Below are positions 31,433 to 51,464 of a stretch of 64,000 nucleotides of DNA, piece by piece; position 1 is the stretch's first letter, and the number at the start of each line of letters is the position of its first letter. The notes beneath the pieces are model-generated. The model searched no databases. It was given only the letters and a program-made list of their open reading frames with translations, and had not been told where the DNA came from. Origin of the DNA: Eledone cirrhosa (Eukaryota). The stretch is taken from positions 311,674,001-311,738,000 of the forward strand of contig OZ024743.1 of assembly GCA_964016885.1 (NCBI GenBank), written 5' to 3'. Both the position numbers and the translations under genes were made by a program.

Positions 31433-32130
31433 GCTGTCTTCAGAAATAATGAAGTATATTTATTGATAATAACAACAATTCAAAATTACAGGTCTGTTTG
31501 GGAACAGATTTTAAATAGACAAATGAAATACATAAAAATTCATCAAGAAAATACAGTTAGGTGTGTGTATATATGTAAGTAACTTCGTTCACAGATATGC
31601 ATAAAAATGTATGTTCACATGCATACGCATGTCGAAAAAGTGTATGTAAATATAAAAATTTAGGGCTAATGTCTCTGTATGTTTATAATCCACAGACAAA
31701 ATATACATACATATACATATATATACATACATATATACACACATATACATACATTCATACACACACACGCATATATACACAAACACACACATACCTACGA
31801 ACACACATACATATATACACACACACACGCACACATACGTATATATTATTATTATAACTATATGGATATTGCGGCGCACACATAAACACGGCCACACACA
31901 CTTACATCTAGATGCAGAATTAAAAGGAGGTAAGGGAGTAAGTAATTAAAGGAGAGTGTCAAACTCGGCATATTTATAAAAATGTATCTATAAAGTTAGA
32001 AATAAAAAGAAATATAATAAAAGAAATATAATAAAAACATAAAAAAACATAAAAGAGAGACATAAAATATACATGCTTGTATGCATATACATAAAAACAA
32101 GTAAAACATATACTCATACATATAAATACA

Positions 32131-32222
<92 letters not shown>

Positions 32223-32305
32223 CACACACATACCCATGTATATATACACACAACCACACACACACACACACACACTCAGACCTACATAAATATAGAGACA
32301 TACAT

Positions 32306-32358
<53 letters not shown>

Positions 32359-32458
32359 AAATAAATACACACAGTCAGACAATTATGCACATATATACAC
32401 ATACATACACACATCTCTACAAATACATATACATACACATCCATACATACACATATAT

Positions 32459-32524
<66 letters not shown>

Positions 32525-33497
32525 TCATACACACTTATTTACATGCGCACATATGTATTTTTATACTCACATACAAACACACAAACATACATACATACTT
32601 ACATACACATACATACATCCACGCTTACAAATACGAATAATTATGGGGGGGGAGGGGGATTAAAATTATTAGTGGGAAATAGTAAATATAGGTTTCAAGG
32701 AACATATAATATTAATCTGCATTTAAATCATAATATGTGTTTACATAGTAGTGTCAGTATTAGGAAATGGTATTTGTAAGAAAGAAGGCTAAATTATGCA
32801 TTTTAATATAAGTAGACTATTAATTATAGGTTAATTAAAGTAAAAATAGTTAATATATTAATTTCTAAGGTGTATACTACTTAGGTTTATAATATTTAAA
32901 GCGGAATTTTGAAGTTAAACAGTAGTAGAGTATTAAAAAAAGTTCATTATTTGACGATCGTTTCTAGGACATATATGTGTTAGAATTGGCATGCATATTC
33001 AAAAGATCTATGTACAAAATTATACAAACTATCAAAGAGAATATACATACCATCACATATATATGCTGTCTTCACACACACACACACACATATACGGATA
33101 TATTATTATTATAACTAAATGGATATTGAGGCGCACACATAAACACGGCCACACACACTTACATCTAGATGCAGAATTAAAAGGAGGTAAGGGAGTAAGT
33201 AATTAAGGAGGGTGTCAGACTCAGCATATTTATAAAAATGTATCTATAAATTTAGAAATAAAAAGAAATATAATAAAAGAAATATAATAAAAACATAAAA
33301 AAACATAAAAGAGAGACATAAAATATACATGCTTATATACATACGCACATTTACACATCCATACGTTCGATACATACATACGTACACACACACACATACA
33401 TATACGTATATATACATACACACATATACCCATGTATATATACACACAACCACACACTCACACACACTCAGACACACATAAATATAGAGACATACAT

Positions 33498-33542
<45 letters not shown>

Positions 33543-33673
33543 CACATATATATATATACATATATATATAAAAAAAAATAAATAAATACACACAGTCAGA
33601 CAATTATGCACATATATACACATACATACACACATCTCTACAAATACATATACATACACATACATACATACAC

Positions 33674-33759
<86 letters not shown>

Positions 33760-35176
33760 TCATACACACTTATTTACATGCGCACATATGTATTTTTATA
33801 CTCACATACAAACACACAAACATACATACATACTTACATACACATACATCCACGCTATTATTAAAGAATTTTTTAGGTATATTATCCTTAATTTGTAAAT
33901 TAAATGGAGCATTATACCAAGTAACTCGTCTATTACGGTTTCTATGTTGTTTATTGTTTTTATAGGATGCATCGTGATGTTTACTAGGAGGATTAATGTT
34001 AATGACCTCACCAAGCACATTTTTAGTTAGATTTATTGATTTAGGTGTTTTAGCTTGTTTATTAGGTGTTTTATTATTAACATTTATTAGAGTTGTATGA
34101 TGAGTAGTTTTTTGAGAGTTACTATACTTTATCTTAGAGGAGTTAGAGAAATTTGGTTTTATGTTGGTATTTTGGGGTATAGTGTGAGTGGCATTTAGGT
34201 GTGTACTTTTCATTTGGTGTTTGTTGGTAATATTAGGTTGTATGTTTATAGTGTTATTAGTAGAAGGTATATATTCCAATCTATTTTTGTGGCCACTTCT
34301 ATCTAGAGCTTCGTTATAGAAGGTCGTATTTTTATCAAATACATCTTGGTTAGACGAAAGGTTAGAAATTCTAAGTGATATATTATATGCAAGGTTTTTA
34401 AGGATAGATTTAGGGTGATTAGATTGTGAGTGTATGTAGTGTAAGTTTTGGTTGGGTTTATGGTAAGGTTGGTAGATACCCGTAGCTAAGTCTAAAGTTA
34501 TATCTAGGAAATTAACTACTTTACTTGTGTTTTCAAAAGTAATATGAAGACTATAATAGTCTTTAAGGAAAGTTCTAATAAGTTTTTGTTTTTTTCTATT
34601 TCTGAGAGGCTAAGGTTGTTGGAAAGAAGAAGACAGTCATCACGATATAAACCACCTTTAAGGTGGGGAAAGGAAGCATTTATGTTAAAAAGAAGAAAGA
34701 GGCCCACAAAATCAGTAATTTGGGCAGAATCGCTTGAACCCATAGTAATATCAAATAGATTACTATATGTGTTTCTGGTCCAGCATTCATTCTGAAATTC
34801 AATAAGTGTTAGTCTAGCATGTGTAATAATATTAATGTCATCCAAAGTTAAGTTAGATCTATTTTTAGCAAATATCAAAGCTTTGTTCAGGAGTATAGGT
34901 GATATAGAAGAATAGTAATTATCTATATCAAATTGTAGAAATGAAGCAGAAGATTTACATCTAATATTTTTAAACAAGTTAATTACCTGGGAAGTGTTTT
35001 CCCAGAGTGGTAAATTAACATGTTTTCTTATTTGTGGGATGACTCTATCCAAAATTTTTTTGCTAATTATTACAATATCAGATTTGGAGGGACATATAAG
35101 TCTAATAGAAGGATTTGAGTTAAAGTTCCCAAACAGACCTGTAATTTTAAATTGTTGTTATTATCAATAAATATAC

Positions 35177-35319
35177 TTCATTATTTCTGAAGACAGCATA
35201 TATATGTGATGGTATGTATATTCTCCTTGATAGTTTGTATAATTTTGTACATAGATCTTTTGAATATGCATGCCAATTCTAACACATATATGTCCTAGAA
35301 ACGATCGTTAAATAATGAA
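35177..35319 (+). ncRNA. Type I hammerhead with 104-nt stem II domain, family C
   Basis: TTCATTATTT-CTGAAGA-[104 nt]-GAAA-CGATCG-TT-AAATAATGAA; minus copy at ~31115-31251. Confidence 0.8.
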
Positions 35320-35895
35320 CTTTTTTTGTTTAATATAAGGAACTGTTTCTTTGTTTTATTCATTATTTTTTTAATATTTTAATATTTTATATATATATAT
35401 ATATGTGTGTGTGTGTGAATGAAAAAAATGGCGTGCAGTTTGTTGCGAATATGAACATATGAATAAAAATAGACCGAGCAACAAGAAAAAGTCCGTCAAC
35501 AGTAGTCTGGTGATTCTCATTCGTATTTCTTCGCATTAAAGACTATAATACCTAAAATCAGTGCGAGCGATAACTCAATTAAGTTATCGGGACAGAGCAA
35601 AGTGAACAAACAACATGGTAGTAACGCAACGTAAAGAGAGGAAAAGAGAGACAAGTCAATGAATTGTGTGGGCTTAAGTCCGACAAATCAAATGACGAGA
35701 AGAATATAGTCGCGTCCGAGTACGAAAAAATTAGAGAGGCAAGAATTAACGCAGGTGAGACTGGAGGGAGTGAGAGATATTATATATATAATAATATATT
35801 ATATATATATTATATATATATTACATATATATAACTTTGATAACTTTGATAGGTTTCGGCTAGTGTTGGCCCAGGCCATGTCTAACGTAATATCA

Positions 35896-36044
<149 letters not shown>

Positions 36045-36046
36045 GA

Positions 36047-40528
<4,482 letters not shown>

Positions 40529-40682
40529 ATATATCATGACTCTGTTTTCCTTTTAATGTTTTATTGTTTTCTGAGATTTATCTTAACCTACAACATTTTC
40601 AACATATGAATTACATCGAGTTCTTCATACAGAATAGACCCCACAACTTACAGTGGATACCTCTGTGTATATATATATATAT

Positions 40683-41128
40683 ATAGAAATATTAAAACAA
40701 TGAAATTAAACACAAAACGGTTAATTCATAGTAAAACTCATTATTTTACGATCGTTTCTGGGGGGTAGTTCCCCGTATGTCCATTCAATTATTGATCTAT
40801 GTAAAATATTACAAAATATCGGCGGGTAGTGAAGACGTATGTATTTTTTCTTACTATGATATTTTGTAATATTTTACATAGATCAATAATTGAATGGACA
40901 TACGGGGAACTACCTCCCAGAAACGATCGTAAAATAATGAGTTTTACTATGAATTAACCGTTTTGTGTTTAATTTCATTGTTTTTATATTTCTATTTTTG
41001 TCTTTGCATCCACTGAATTATATCGTTTAAAATTTTGTATTTTAAACTTTGCTTCACGACATCTTCTACATACGGATTACATTGAGTTCTTCATACGGTT
41101 TAGACCCTACCATTGATTGGTAGATTTA

Positions 41129-41130
<2 letters not shown>
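40683..41130 (+). mobile_element. Family C fold-back (arms 40683-40995) plus tail
   Basis: Inverted arms each containing GAAACGATCGTA and TACATAGATC. Confidence 0.85.
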
Positions 41131-41186
<56 letters not shown>

Positions 41187-42589
41187 TGCATGTGTGTATG
41201 TATGCATATGTGTATGTGTTTGTGTATGTATGTATGTGTCTATGTATGTGTGTGTGTATGTATGTACGTGTCTAATAGGTGCAATAAATGCATTAAGTAC
41301 ACAAATTCGTATTGATCTACAGGGTCTTTTAATTGTAAAGTAACTCGTAAGAAATTATTGATTATTGATATTGGATATCGTTCAGCTTTACAATATCTAT
41401 AAGAACAACAACAATAATATATACAATAAACATGCTGTTTCTTTCGCTCATCAGAACAGGTATTTGTGCGTTTGTATGTGAGTGTGTGTATCCTTGCGTG
41501 TGTTGTGCATTATGAGTGTCTGTGTGTGTTTTTGTTTGCATACGCGTGTTTCTGTGTGTGCCTGTTTGTGTGTTTGTGCGGGTAAGTGATTCAGTGTATA
41601 TGTGTATATGCGTATTTTTATGCGTACGTTTTTTCTGGACATTAAAATCGTTTAATCTTTTTCTAAATATGTGTATTATATTGACTAATAAACCACAGAA
41701 TAGATTGATGCTGATGAAGATGGCGACAGCAGCAGCAGCAGCAGTAACAACAACAACAACAACAACAACGACAACGATGATGATGATGATGATGATGATG
41801 ACAACACACCAATGAGAGAACCAGCCTCTACTTCGTTGTTTGACATACAAGCAAAAACAACCAAATCGCCATCAAATCGGCTCTGGTGGTATTTATTCTA
41901 GATACATTATATTTGAATAAATGGTGAGGTGGTCACATCTGGAACACATTTGATAATTGTTTTAGGTGTATCTGGGACTATAAAACATAAACAACACCAA
42001 CAAAGATAGTAAGTTACCCATTCATTACCGTGGGTGTTTCCATTTCTTCTTTGGTTAAGCCATTAACCCTTTAATTACCATATTTCTAATGAAAGACACT
42101 GCCTATGATTCTTGAATATTTTTGAAAATAATCAACAATTTGGAGGAAATTATTAATATGGGAAAGAAAATGAGCCGCTCGCCAGATCGGGTTGAGGAAA
42201 GAATGTTTCCACTGGTTTTTCCATTGCTGATGTTATCAGCCAGTCGCATCTATTGGCAGAAAGAGTAATGTGAAATAAAGTATTTTGCTCAAGAAAACAA
42301 CGCACCGCCAAGTCCAGGAGTCGAACCTAGGACATTAAGATCGTGAGAATAACACGCGAACCACTAAGCCACGAAAATAACATTTTTATTGGATTTGTTT
42401 TGGGGATGTACCGCAAGGCAACACGTCCGACACTCTCATAATCCACTAATCCATTAAATTTTAAAAGGGCATCTACTGCACCTAGATTTCCCAAACAGTC
42501 AATCATCTAAGTATTAGCTAGAATCGATGTTGCTTTACTTCAGTGATTTCAATGTCATGTAATCGGAAACATACCGTAAATAAAAGTCT

Positions 42590-42850
42590 AAAGTCTGTCT
42601 CGAGCCCTGGAGGCTCATCAGGCCGGTGCTTAACCTGATTTTCGTGGCGTTAAGCGACTAAGATTATAGGACACCTCCCTGGACAAGACGCCATCCAACG
42701 CAGGGTTAAGCCCCCAGCTTTTGCTGGTACTCATTTTCAGATGGAGCAGCCTGAAGTGAAATGTTTTGCTCAAAAACACAACAAACAATCCAGTCCAGGA
42801 ATCGAACCCACGACATTATGAACATAGGTCCAACACACTAATCACTAGGC
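42590..42850 (-). mobile_element. tRNA-derived SINE with CORE/V-like body
   Basis: Minus-strand TAGTGATTAG..GGTTCGATTCC head; GCTGGTACTCATTTT central domain. Confidence 0.65.
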
Positions 42851-43511
42851 CTCCCGTATAATATCAACACTACTACTACTACTACAGTACACACTATGCT
42901 GCCATAAAGAACAAGATTGCGATATCTCCAGGCTCTTTGACTGATTAGCTAATAGTTGATGATATTTATCATTATATTGTTCTACTGAACAGAAAATATT
43001 AATGAAAATAATTAAGCAAAATGAAAGAAAATCAAACAAAAATTCTTTCTAAATTTTTAGTATCTCCTTAAAGGTCGAAGAATAAAAAAAAAACGATAGA
43101 ACGTTATACCAATATGGTTTTGTTTCTCTATTTTCTGTGATAAAAATCTAGCTTTTATCCTTCCGAAGCTTATAAAAGAGCTCGTTAGCATTTCTTCCTC
43201 TTCCCCGTTGATATCTTCTCTGGTTTTGATATTCTTGCCAAACCTTTCCTTATGTTCTTCACTGACATGGGTCCATTTACATCTTACATTGCATTACATT
43301 ATATTGTCAAAAAATGAAAAATGTGACAAGATTATGTTGAAAATTTCAAACGCCTGTATGATAAGGGAAAACGGATATCGTTTATTTTAATCTAACACAC
43401 TATATAGCTCTTAAAATTAAAAGATAATTATTGCCGGCCTTAAAAGTAAGTACTGGGGTATATATGATCGAAACACATTCCAATAACAGAAACCGGAGAA
43501 AGAATAACTAA

Positions 43512-43598
<87 letters not shown>

Positions 43599-43664
43599 CG
43601 TGTGTGTGCGTGTGTGTGTCTGTGTGTGTCTGTGTATGTGAGTGTGTGTGTGAGTGTGTAAAAG

Positions 43665-43864
43665 GCAAACAGAAACACCAACAAAATCGGTACAGTATAT
43701 GGAAGGGATATATTAGGTTAACGCTTGATATAGCAGGAAGAGGGTCTTAACGTTTCGGACGCTAGTGCTTCATCAGAAGAAAGAATGAGAAATAAGATAG
43801 ATTGAGGGGACGGGCGACTGGAATTGGGAAAATGTCTCTATTAAAAATGACACGTCTATTCATG

Positions 43865-43866
<2 letters not shown>
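43665..43866 (-). mobile_element. Solo PLE 3' terminus with minimal hammerhead (43745-43780)
   Basis: TCTT-CTGATGA-A-GCAC-TAGC-GTCC-GAAA-CG-TT-AAGA; near-identical to 56601-56815. Confidence 0.85.
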
Positions 43867-43957
<91 letters not shown>

Positions 43958-44190
43958 ACATTACAATTTAAAAAAATATGATCAACACTAATGTGTTTTT
44001 TTTTTTTGCAAAATGACAAGTTGCCATTTTACGTCTGTAAGTATAGATTTAATATTTAATATTTTCTAGATCGATACAGGCGGACTATATGTACTTGAAT
44101 TAAGGTATTTCTATCTGGCTAAAAAATTATTGTCATTTTGCAAAAAAAAAAACACATTAGTGTTGATCATATTTTTTTAAATTGTAATGT
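43958..44190. repeat. Inverted repeat, ~62-bp arms
   Basis: 43958-44019 is the inverse of 44130-44190. Confidence 0.85.
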
Positions 44191-44624
44191 AATGCTCAGA
44201 AGTATTTTCTTAGAGCTTAATAATTGTAATTGACTACTAAACTGTAATTGACTACTAAACTGAAATATATATATATATATATATTTTATCACTCCTGATC
44301 CTAACCAGAACGAAAACCTGCTGATAAACTGATTCCTCTGTTCAGTCACCAATACCATGAACTTGCCACTTCGGAGTCAGAGAAACATTTCAAACGCTCG
44401 TCTGATTTGTCCAGGTCTATTTTTCTCAACCTGATTAGTTTCTTCGTTACTTTGGTATGTATTGTGTGTTAGTTTAGCCTACCACAATGTCCGATTTGTC
44501 AAGCTATTTAAACGTATGTTATAACTCTGAGACCTATCTTATCGAGTGCTTCGCTAACCCATCACTTCATATAAGTAGGCCGAATTACTTGCAAACCGCC
44601 AGAGATTCGATTTTACTGATTCCC

Positions 44625-44710
<86 letters not shown>

Positions 44711-45465
44711 TATATATATAAATGTTGTTTATCTTAGTTGTTACGTAGTGACTTCCTGGTGATAAGCAGGTCCTATGATTATTAATTAATTAATAAATTA
44801 ATATACAGATAAATAGATGTAGTTTTTTTATTGTTCAAAGATAGATACATAGTTAGGTAATTATATGTAGTTGTTGTTCTATTGTTGACCATCTTGTAGA
44901 CTCAACGTGTAAGCCAGAGAAGTAGGGGAAGATAAGCACATTTAGGCTCAAATTGCCAGACAAATCAAACACAAAGAGGTAATCATGGAATTCAAGTGTT
45001 TTATTGGACGCAGCATGACAAAGTTGTTAAGACATTAACTTTTCAATCATTACGTTCCGGGTTCGATTCCACTGCGTGGCATCTTGGGCATGATTCATTT
45101 ACCGCAGTACGGGATCAACCTTTTGAGGGAAACTGGGGACAGGGAAGCTGTTTTATTATTTCAGTATCGTGAGGGTGGTGGATTGACATTATCGGTGAAA
45201 CGTCGGACAACATGCTTCGCAGCATAAAGTTACGGCCCTTTACGTTCTGACTTCAAATCCCGCTTTGGTTAACTTTGCCTTTACGGTGTTGATATGGAAT
45301 TTATTTAATCGGTTTTCCTCTTCCTTTTAAATTGCTGGCCTTGTGCCAAAATTATTTAGGCTACTTGTCCATAGTAAAAATAATTGATGAATTTCAAATA
45401 TTTGGCTCAACGTTTCTAAACACGTTTACACACGCACAATATATACATACATACATATACTCGTT

Positions 45466-45529
<64 letters not shown>

Positions 45530-45530
<1 letters not shown>

Positions 45531-46217
45531 AGATTTGAATGGATACAGTTTAGTTGAAAGGAATTTATTGGCACGTGTTTCTATAACAGTTACATAACCT
45601 GAAAACAGCTGCTATCTACAAAGTATTAGTTATGCAGACATTCAATATTTCAATGTTATTATTTACTGTCATTTCATCAGAATAATATTACTGAGGACCT
45701 GTTTGGTTTTTATAGAGAATATTAGGAGGGAGGCGTGAAGTTGTTAGAAGAATAGTTGAGGGGGTGGTTTTTTGATAGCAGTGAGAATTTTTGGTGGCAG
45801 TAAGTAATTAGATTCCCATCTGTTGTTTTGACATTTTTATAGAATATATTATTGGTTATTTTTCTAAATCTGTAGAAGGATTAGAGATAGTAAAGATATG
45901 CGTGGTTGGTTTTGTGTTTGCACTTAATTAACATTCAGACTTAAATTTTTCTTTCAAGTGTACGTATCCTTTCACCCACGCATTCACACACAAACATATT
46001 TGCACACCTCTACAAAATACATATACTCACATTCACATAGTAACATGTTCATACTTACATACATATACACATGCAAACATATATATATATACACACATGT
46101 ATTCATGTACATACATACGCGTTCATGTGTATACATTTTTATACTCAACTTATCTTTATATACACACGTATAGACACACACATATATACATACCCTAGTC
46201 TATGTGTACATATATAC

Positions 46218-46286
<69 letters not shown>

Positions 46287-47797
46287 CACTTTAATACATG
46301 AATACACTTACATCTAACTATACACATCAAACATATATATATATTTACTTATTTATATACATTTTCACATATATATACATACTTATGGTCGCTTTTAGAC
46401 ACATTCATTATCGCATTTTTGCACCTATTCTCATCAGCATATCTTTCCATTATTAGTGTGGTAATTTGAGGTTATTAATATACATATATATGTTGAGAAG
46501 AGATTGTTTTTATATTTTTCTAACTAGATTGAGGTTTATATAGTTGGGGGGATGTCCCTCTTTTATGTAATATTCGGCTTGTAGTGGGAAAAAAGGGTTT
46601 TAGTTCGGTGACGGCAGAATAATGTTCGTTCAATTCTGTTATTCAGCAATTTCTTCTTGTGTGTGATTATGTAATAAATCTCAAGATTACACAATTTGCA
46701 GAAATTTTGGCTCCTGGAAAAGCTTTGGGTTTTAGCTAATTTCTCCCATTTTAGGGTAAACTTTTGATCGCTATCCCTGAGCGTCCAAGCTTTTTCTGCT
46801 AAAGTTGTTACATTTCTTTGGCTCTGGTGTTTTATTGAGTAAGAATGCCTATATAATCGAGATTTAAACGATGTTGCCGTTGATCCCACGTAATACCACT
46901 CGTTGCCTCCGGATTTAATGGTACACTTATAAATAATATTTTTTTCCAGGCAGTTATTGCCGAGGGGGCAGTTGTCAGGATAGGTGCAGTTACAGTTGTG
47001 TACGTTGGGTTTTCTCTGGAGTAGTATTGCGGACGAACTTAGGTGTGGTTTATTTATGTTCTGTAGTGTATTGTCTACTGTTTTTTTTGTGTTCTTTGTA
47101 CTTAAGTTTTTAGTGTTTTCGTTTAACCTTCTATTATTGATTGTTTTATGTGTTGTTCAAGGTAGAGTATGACAGTCTTATAGTGGTAGGGTTTAGGATT
47201 TTGTGGTATTTGTGTGATGTAGGAAAATGTCTCTTAATTATTTTAAAGAAGAGTACTGGTAAATTTGTACTAATGGAACTATTGTATTCGGGGTTATACC
47301 ATAAGTACTCTTTGCATCGCTTTCTATTAGTTTTGTTTGTTGGTTTACTGGTGTGCATACTATGGTAGTAAGTGTGGTTTGGTGTTGTGTTATTATATCT
47401 ACCTATGTGGGATTTATTTTGGGTGTTTTGATTGTTCCCATCTATATACTCTATTTTGTTGAGGTAGCCTGCTTTACTAAGGGCGTTATCGTAGTACTCG
47501 GCGTGTTCTTTAAATACTTGTATGTTAGAAGATAGACCCGAGATTCTAAGGGAAATATTTTTAGGGATAGATTTAATTATGGAGATGGGGTGGTTAGACC
47601 CAACATTTACGTATTTAAGATTTTCATTCAATTTATGAAACGGTTTAATCAGACCAGAGTTTAAATTGAGTGTGACATCCAGGAAGTTAACTACTTTAAG
47701 GTTGTATTCATATGTTATAGTTAGTCCTATTTCGAGTAGTAGTTTTCTTATATCTTTGCGTAGTTTTTCTAGTTTTTGGTTATTTAGGTTTTTAACT
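45530..47797 (-). mobile_element. 5'-truncated PLE (Nematis-like): RT thumb plus GIY-YIG
   Basis: SNHP..IIKSIP, WYNPEYN, RLSYS, CNC..CPLG.NCL, IIYKC..YVGST motifs at 46563-47631. Confidence 0.9.
45565..45685 (-). ncRNA. Hammerhead with 92-nt stem II domain (U16.1 changed to C)
   Basis: TTATT-CTGATGA-A-ATGACAGT..ACTGTTAT-A-GAAA-CACGTG-CC-AATAA. Confidence 0.7.
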
Positions 47798-47805
47798 ATA
47801 TATAT

Positions 47806-48149
<344 letters not shown>

Positions 48150-48273
48150 ATGTATATATAATGTATTTTGCAATACACTTTATGCTTAATTAAAAGCATT
48201 TTGAAGACCGTATGCTATTGTTTTAGAGTAGTGACAAATTCACTTACTTTAATCTCAGCAAACAGGGGAGATA

Positions 48274-48318
48274 AGCCGACAAGGCCTTGTTTCGCTTTTG
48301 TTGAAGCTTATCAAGGCT
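48274..48318 (-). ncRNA. Type I hammerhead with U3-A8 core, family F
   Basis: AGCC-TTGATAA-GCTT-CAACAA-AAGC-GAAA-CAAGGCCTTG-TC-GGCT; lies inside inverted arms 48140-48440. Confidence 0.88.
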
Positions 48319-48461
48319 AACTACCCCTCCTGTATACTGAGATTACTGATGTTATATTCTTATAGAATTCGGTCTTCAAAATGCTTTTAATTAAGCATAA
48401 AGAGTATTGCAAAATACATTATATATACATCCATATATATATTGCTATTTCAGAGCTCCAA

Positions 48462-48544
<83 letters not shown>

Positions 48545-51032
48545 CGAATGTAGAAAAGTAACACATGAGTTGATATAAATAAAAACAAATAGTAGAAAGG
48601 AAAAAGATACTTTCAGTAGAAAATGTTGAAGAGATTTTTTTCAGTGAGCTATTAAAACATTAATTTATTTACAATACCGGTTTCAGCATTAAATGCATTG
48701 TCAATTGCGGATATGCAGAATATTGTTAAGTTGCATATTTGTACAAATAGTGATAATAATAATAACAATGAAGAGAATGAAAATAAACAGGGGAACAAAA
48801 GTTAATTTTCACATACATGTTCATTCAGAGAAGAGATGTAATTTCTCTGTCCATTCTACTCTGCTTACAGCTTGGTTGTGACAGGTAGAAGGAGAGGATA
48901 GAGGGAAGAGGGGAGAGGAGAAAGGGAAGGAGGACTGTTGGCAGGCTGCTGTTGAAGAGTGGATGCAAGTTCTAGCTGGGGTTGGTTCGAAAGGCTGGGT
49001 GACCTTAGGGTTGACCGGAGGAAGGGGGTGGGTGCTTCTTAAAATATCTATCTTGGTATTTTTTCTTACAAGTAATCATAAGCATTGACTTTGTTTTTTT
49101 GCCACAAAGAAGATTCAGGGTTATTGAAATACTAATTCCATCCCTAGCAGAAATTTCAGATTTAGGGGAATTGAGAAAATGTTGTCACAAAAAGGCGTTC
49201 AGAGCCATTGGAATCCCCTTTCTATCTTCAGCAGAAACTTCCAAATTCAGAGGAATGTAAAGCATTTAGTTTGACACCTAAATGCTTCCATTTATCCGAT
49301 TATCTTCGTGGAAGTCCTCCAGGGCTAGCTGATTTGGGTGTTTCTATATGGTTGCTTGGTCTGCATTATATGGTTGTCAGAGGTTGCTGGAATCTTGGAG
49401 AAAGATACATTGCTAAAGGGTTAATTTGTCTAGGTGTTAATTTTAAAGTGTGCCAACTTTAGTTTAGTCCGAAGTGGAAGCATTTAGAAGGGGTTCGTAT
49501 TTGGCGATAAATTGCGATTCCTTGCTAATGCGCTGGATGTAGGAAGCGTTGTCTTTAAATTTGTAGATGGGAAAAATTCTAAAATTGGGTTGTTGATCAG
49601 ATGCGCAGGTCGCGATGTATTCACTCAATGCTATATTTCTGTATTGCCGTATTTTTATTTGGGATCTATGGACGGTCATACGTTGTCGGAGGCTGTTTTT
49701 GGTCTGTCCTATGTAGTGCTCTCGAGAACCTGAGCAGGTCAAAACATAGATCAGATTTTCTGATGCATATGTGAAATAGTGTTTAACTGTAAAGTGTTGT
49801 CCTTGTTTGAAGTGGAACTCTAATCCCTCTATTAGATTGGTACATTTACCACAGTTGGATCTTCCGCATTTTTTACTGTGGGGTTCATTGGGGGTTCGGC
49901 TGGACTTTGGCATGTGTGAGGATGTTTTTTATTAATTTGGGTTGTCTTTTGCTCTTTATGATATTGTGCGTTTGGAGGATTTGATTCATTCTTAGGTCTC
50001 TTTTTAGTAAGGGTATGTTCTGGAGGATGGTGTCGAATGCCTCATTGTTAAGGGGATTGTGTGTGGACATGTATGGTAGAGTTTTCAGTTTGGCTATCTA
50101 AGTTCCTGGATGTTGAGTTTTAGGGCACGTTGGAATCCATTGTTGATAAGGGATGGTGGGTAATTCCTGCTAATAAGTGTATTTTTTAATTCTTCTAGTC
50201 GTATGTAGCATGTGTATTTATCAGATACTATTGTGCAGATCCTTTTGGCTAGGTTGTAAGGAATGCTCATATTGGTGTGTCTAGTGTGGCATGAGTTGAA
50301 TGGAAGATACTGTTTGGAGTCTGTGGGTTTATAGTACATATCTGTTTCTATTTTGTTGTTGGTCTTCTTCATAAGGATGTCGAGGAAAGGAAGTTGCTCA
50401 TGGCTGTATTCCATTGTAAATTGAATGTTTGTGTTGAGTCCATTTAGAAGTGTTTTAAATTTAATAAGTCTTTCAATACTTTCATGCAGAGGATGAAGCA
50501 ATCATCCAGATATGTCTTCCAGTTTTTTTCTATGTGGAGGTAGAAGGGGTTTCCGTATTTATCTAGTACTTTTCGGTAGAGGGTGATTTTCAAGTATCCC
50601 ATAACAAGGTTGGGGTAAGAGGGGGCCGTTTTCGTACTCATTTCGAAGTAGCTATTCTCCAAGATGAATTTGAACCCTTTTATTACGAATTCTTTTGAGT
50701 TCATTTGTGTAATTTTCTAACCAGAATTGGATTGCTTCTATTCCTAGGTTGTGTGGAATATTGGAATAAAGGTTGACTACATCAAAAGACACTAGTATGT
50801 TCATTATTAAGTGTTTTGGGGAGGTGGTTGAGCATATCAAGGTCGTCCCTTATGTAGCTTTTGGTGTGTTTCAGGAATGGTTTTAACAGGATATCTAGGA
50901 AGTTGCTCAGGCAATTGACAATGCATTTAATGCTGAAACCGGTATTGTAGATAAATTAATGTTTTAATATCTCACTGAAAAAAATCTCTCCAGCATTTTA
51001 TACTGAAAGAATCTTTTTCCTTTCTACTGTTT

Positions 51033-51035
<3 letters not shown>
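48545..51035 (-). mobile_element. 5'-truncated Neptune-type PLE with inverted terminal copy
   Basis: RT/GIY-YIG fragments 49464-50910 homologous to 19690-21200; 50911-51035 is the inverse of ~48585-48708. Confidence 0.92.
50911..50948 (+). ncRNA. Minimal hammerhead with U3-A8 core
   Basis: GCAA-TTGACAA-T-GCAT..ATGC-T-GAAA-CCGG-TA-TTGT; minus copy at 48671-48708. Confidence 0.8.
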
Positions 51036-51102
<67 letters not shown>

Positions 51103-51464
51103 GAGTGAGGAATAAGTAAGTAAAATAATTAAAATTTGGCTTTACTCCGGAGTAATCAAACCAACCTGCGTACTTCGTCGAGTGCTCCAATCTGCATACT
51201 GAGGTGTCGGTAAACAACCAACATATAGAGGAAATATTCTTTATATTAAAGAATAAAAAAAAAAAAAAGAAAGAAGAAATATTTTCTCCTTTCAAGAGCT
51301 CTCAATATATTTCTCTAGAATAGTTTATTATATTTATATCTATTTATATTTAGGAAGAAAAGTTATTTTTACTTGAGTGTATAATCAGTCAAAAAAAGAT
51401 GAAGGAATCTAATGATTTATCAACAGGTTCAATATATTAATAAAATTAATTAATTAATTATATA

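Larger units (their letters stand above)
30915..35390 (-). mobile_element. 5'-truncated PLE (GLYRDD RT type, Nematis-like) with inverted terminal copy and internal duplication
   Basis: RT FLQFDIDNYYSSIS, ITMGSSD, GGLYRDD at 34516-35052; 35128-35390 is the inverse of ~31050-31503; ~31830-32620 duplicated at ~33075-33855. Confidence 0.85.

Noticed and set aside
42610-42625. CTGATGAG on the minus strand as a hammerhead core
   Set aside because: It lies in a SINE 3' region with no matching stem II-GAAA-stem III.
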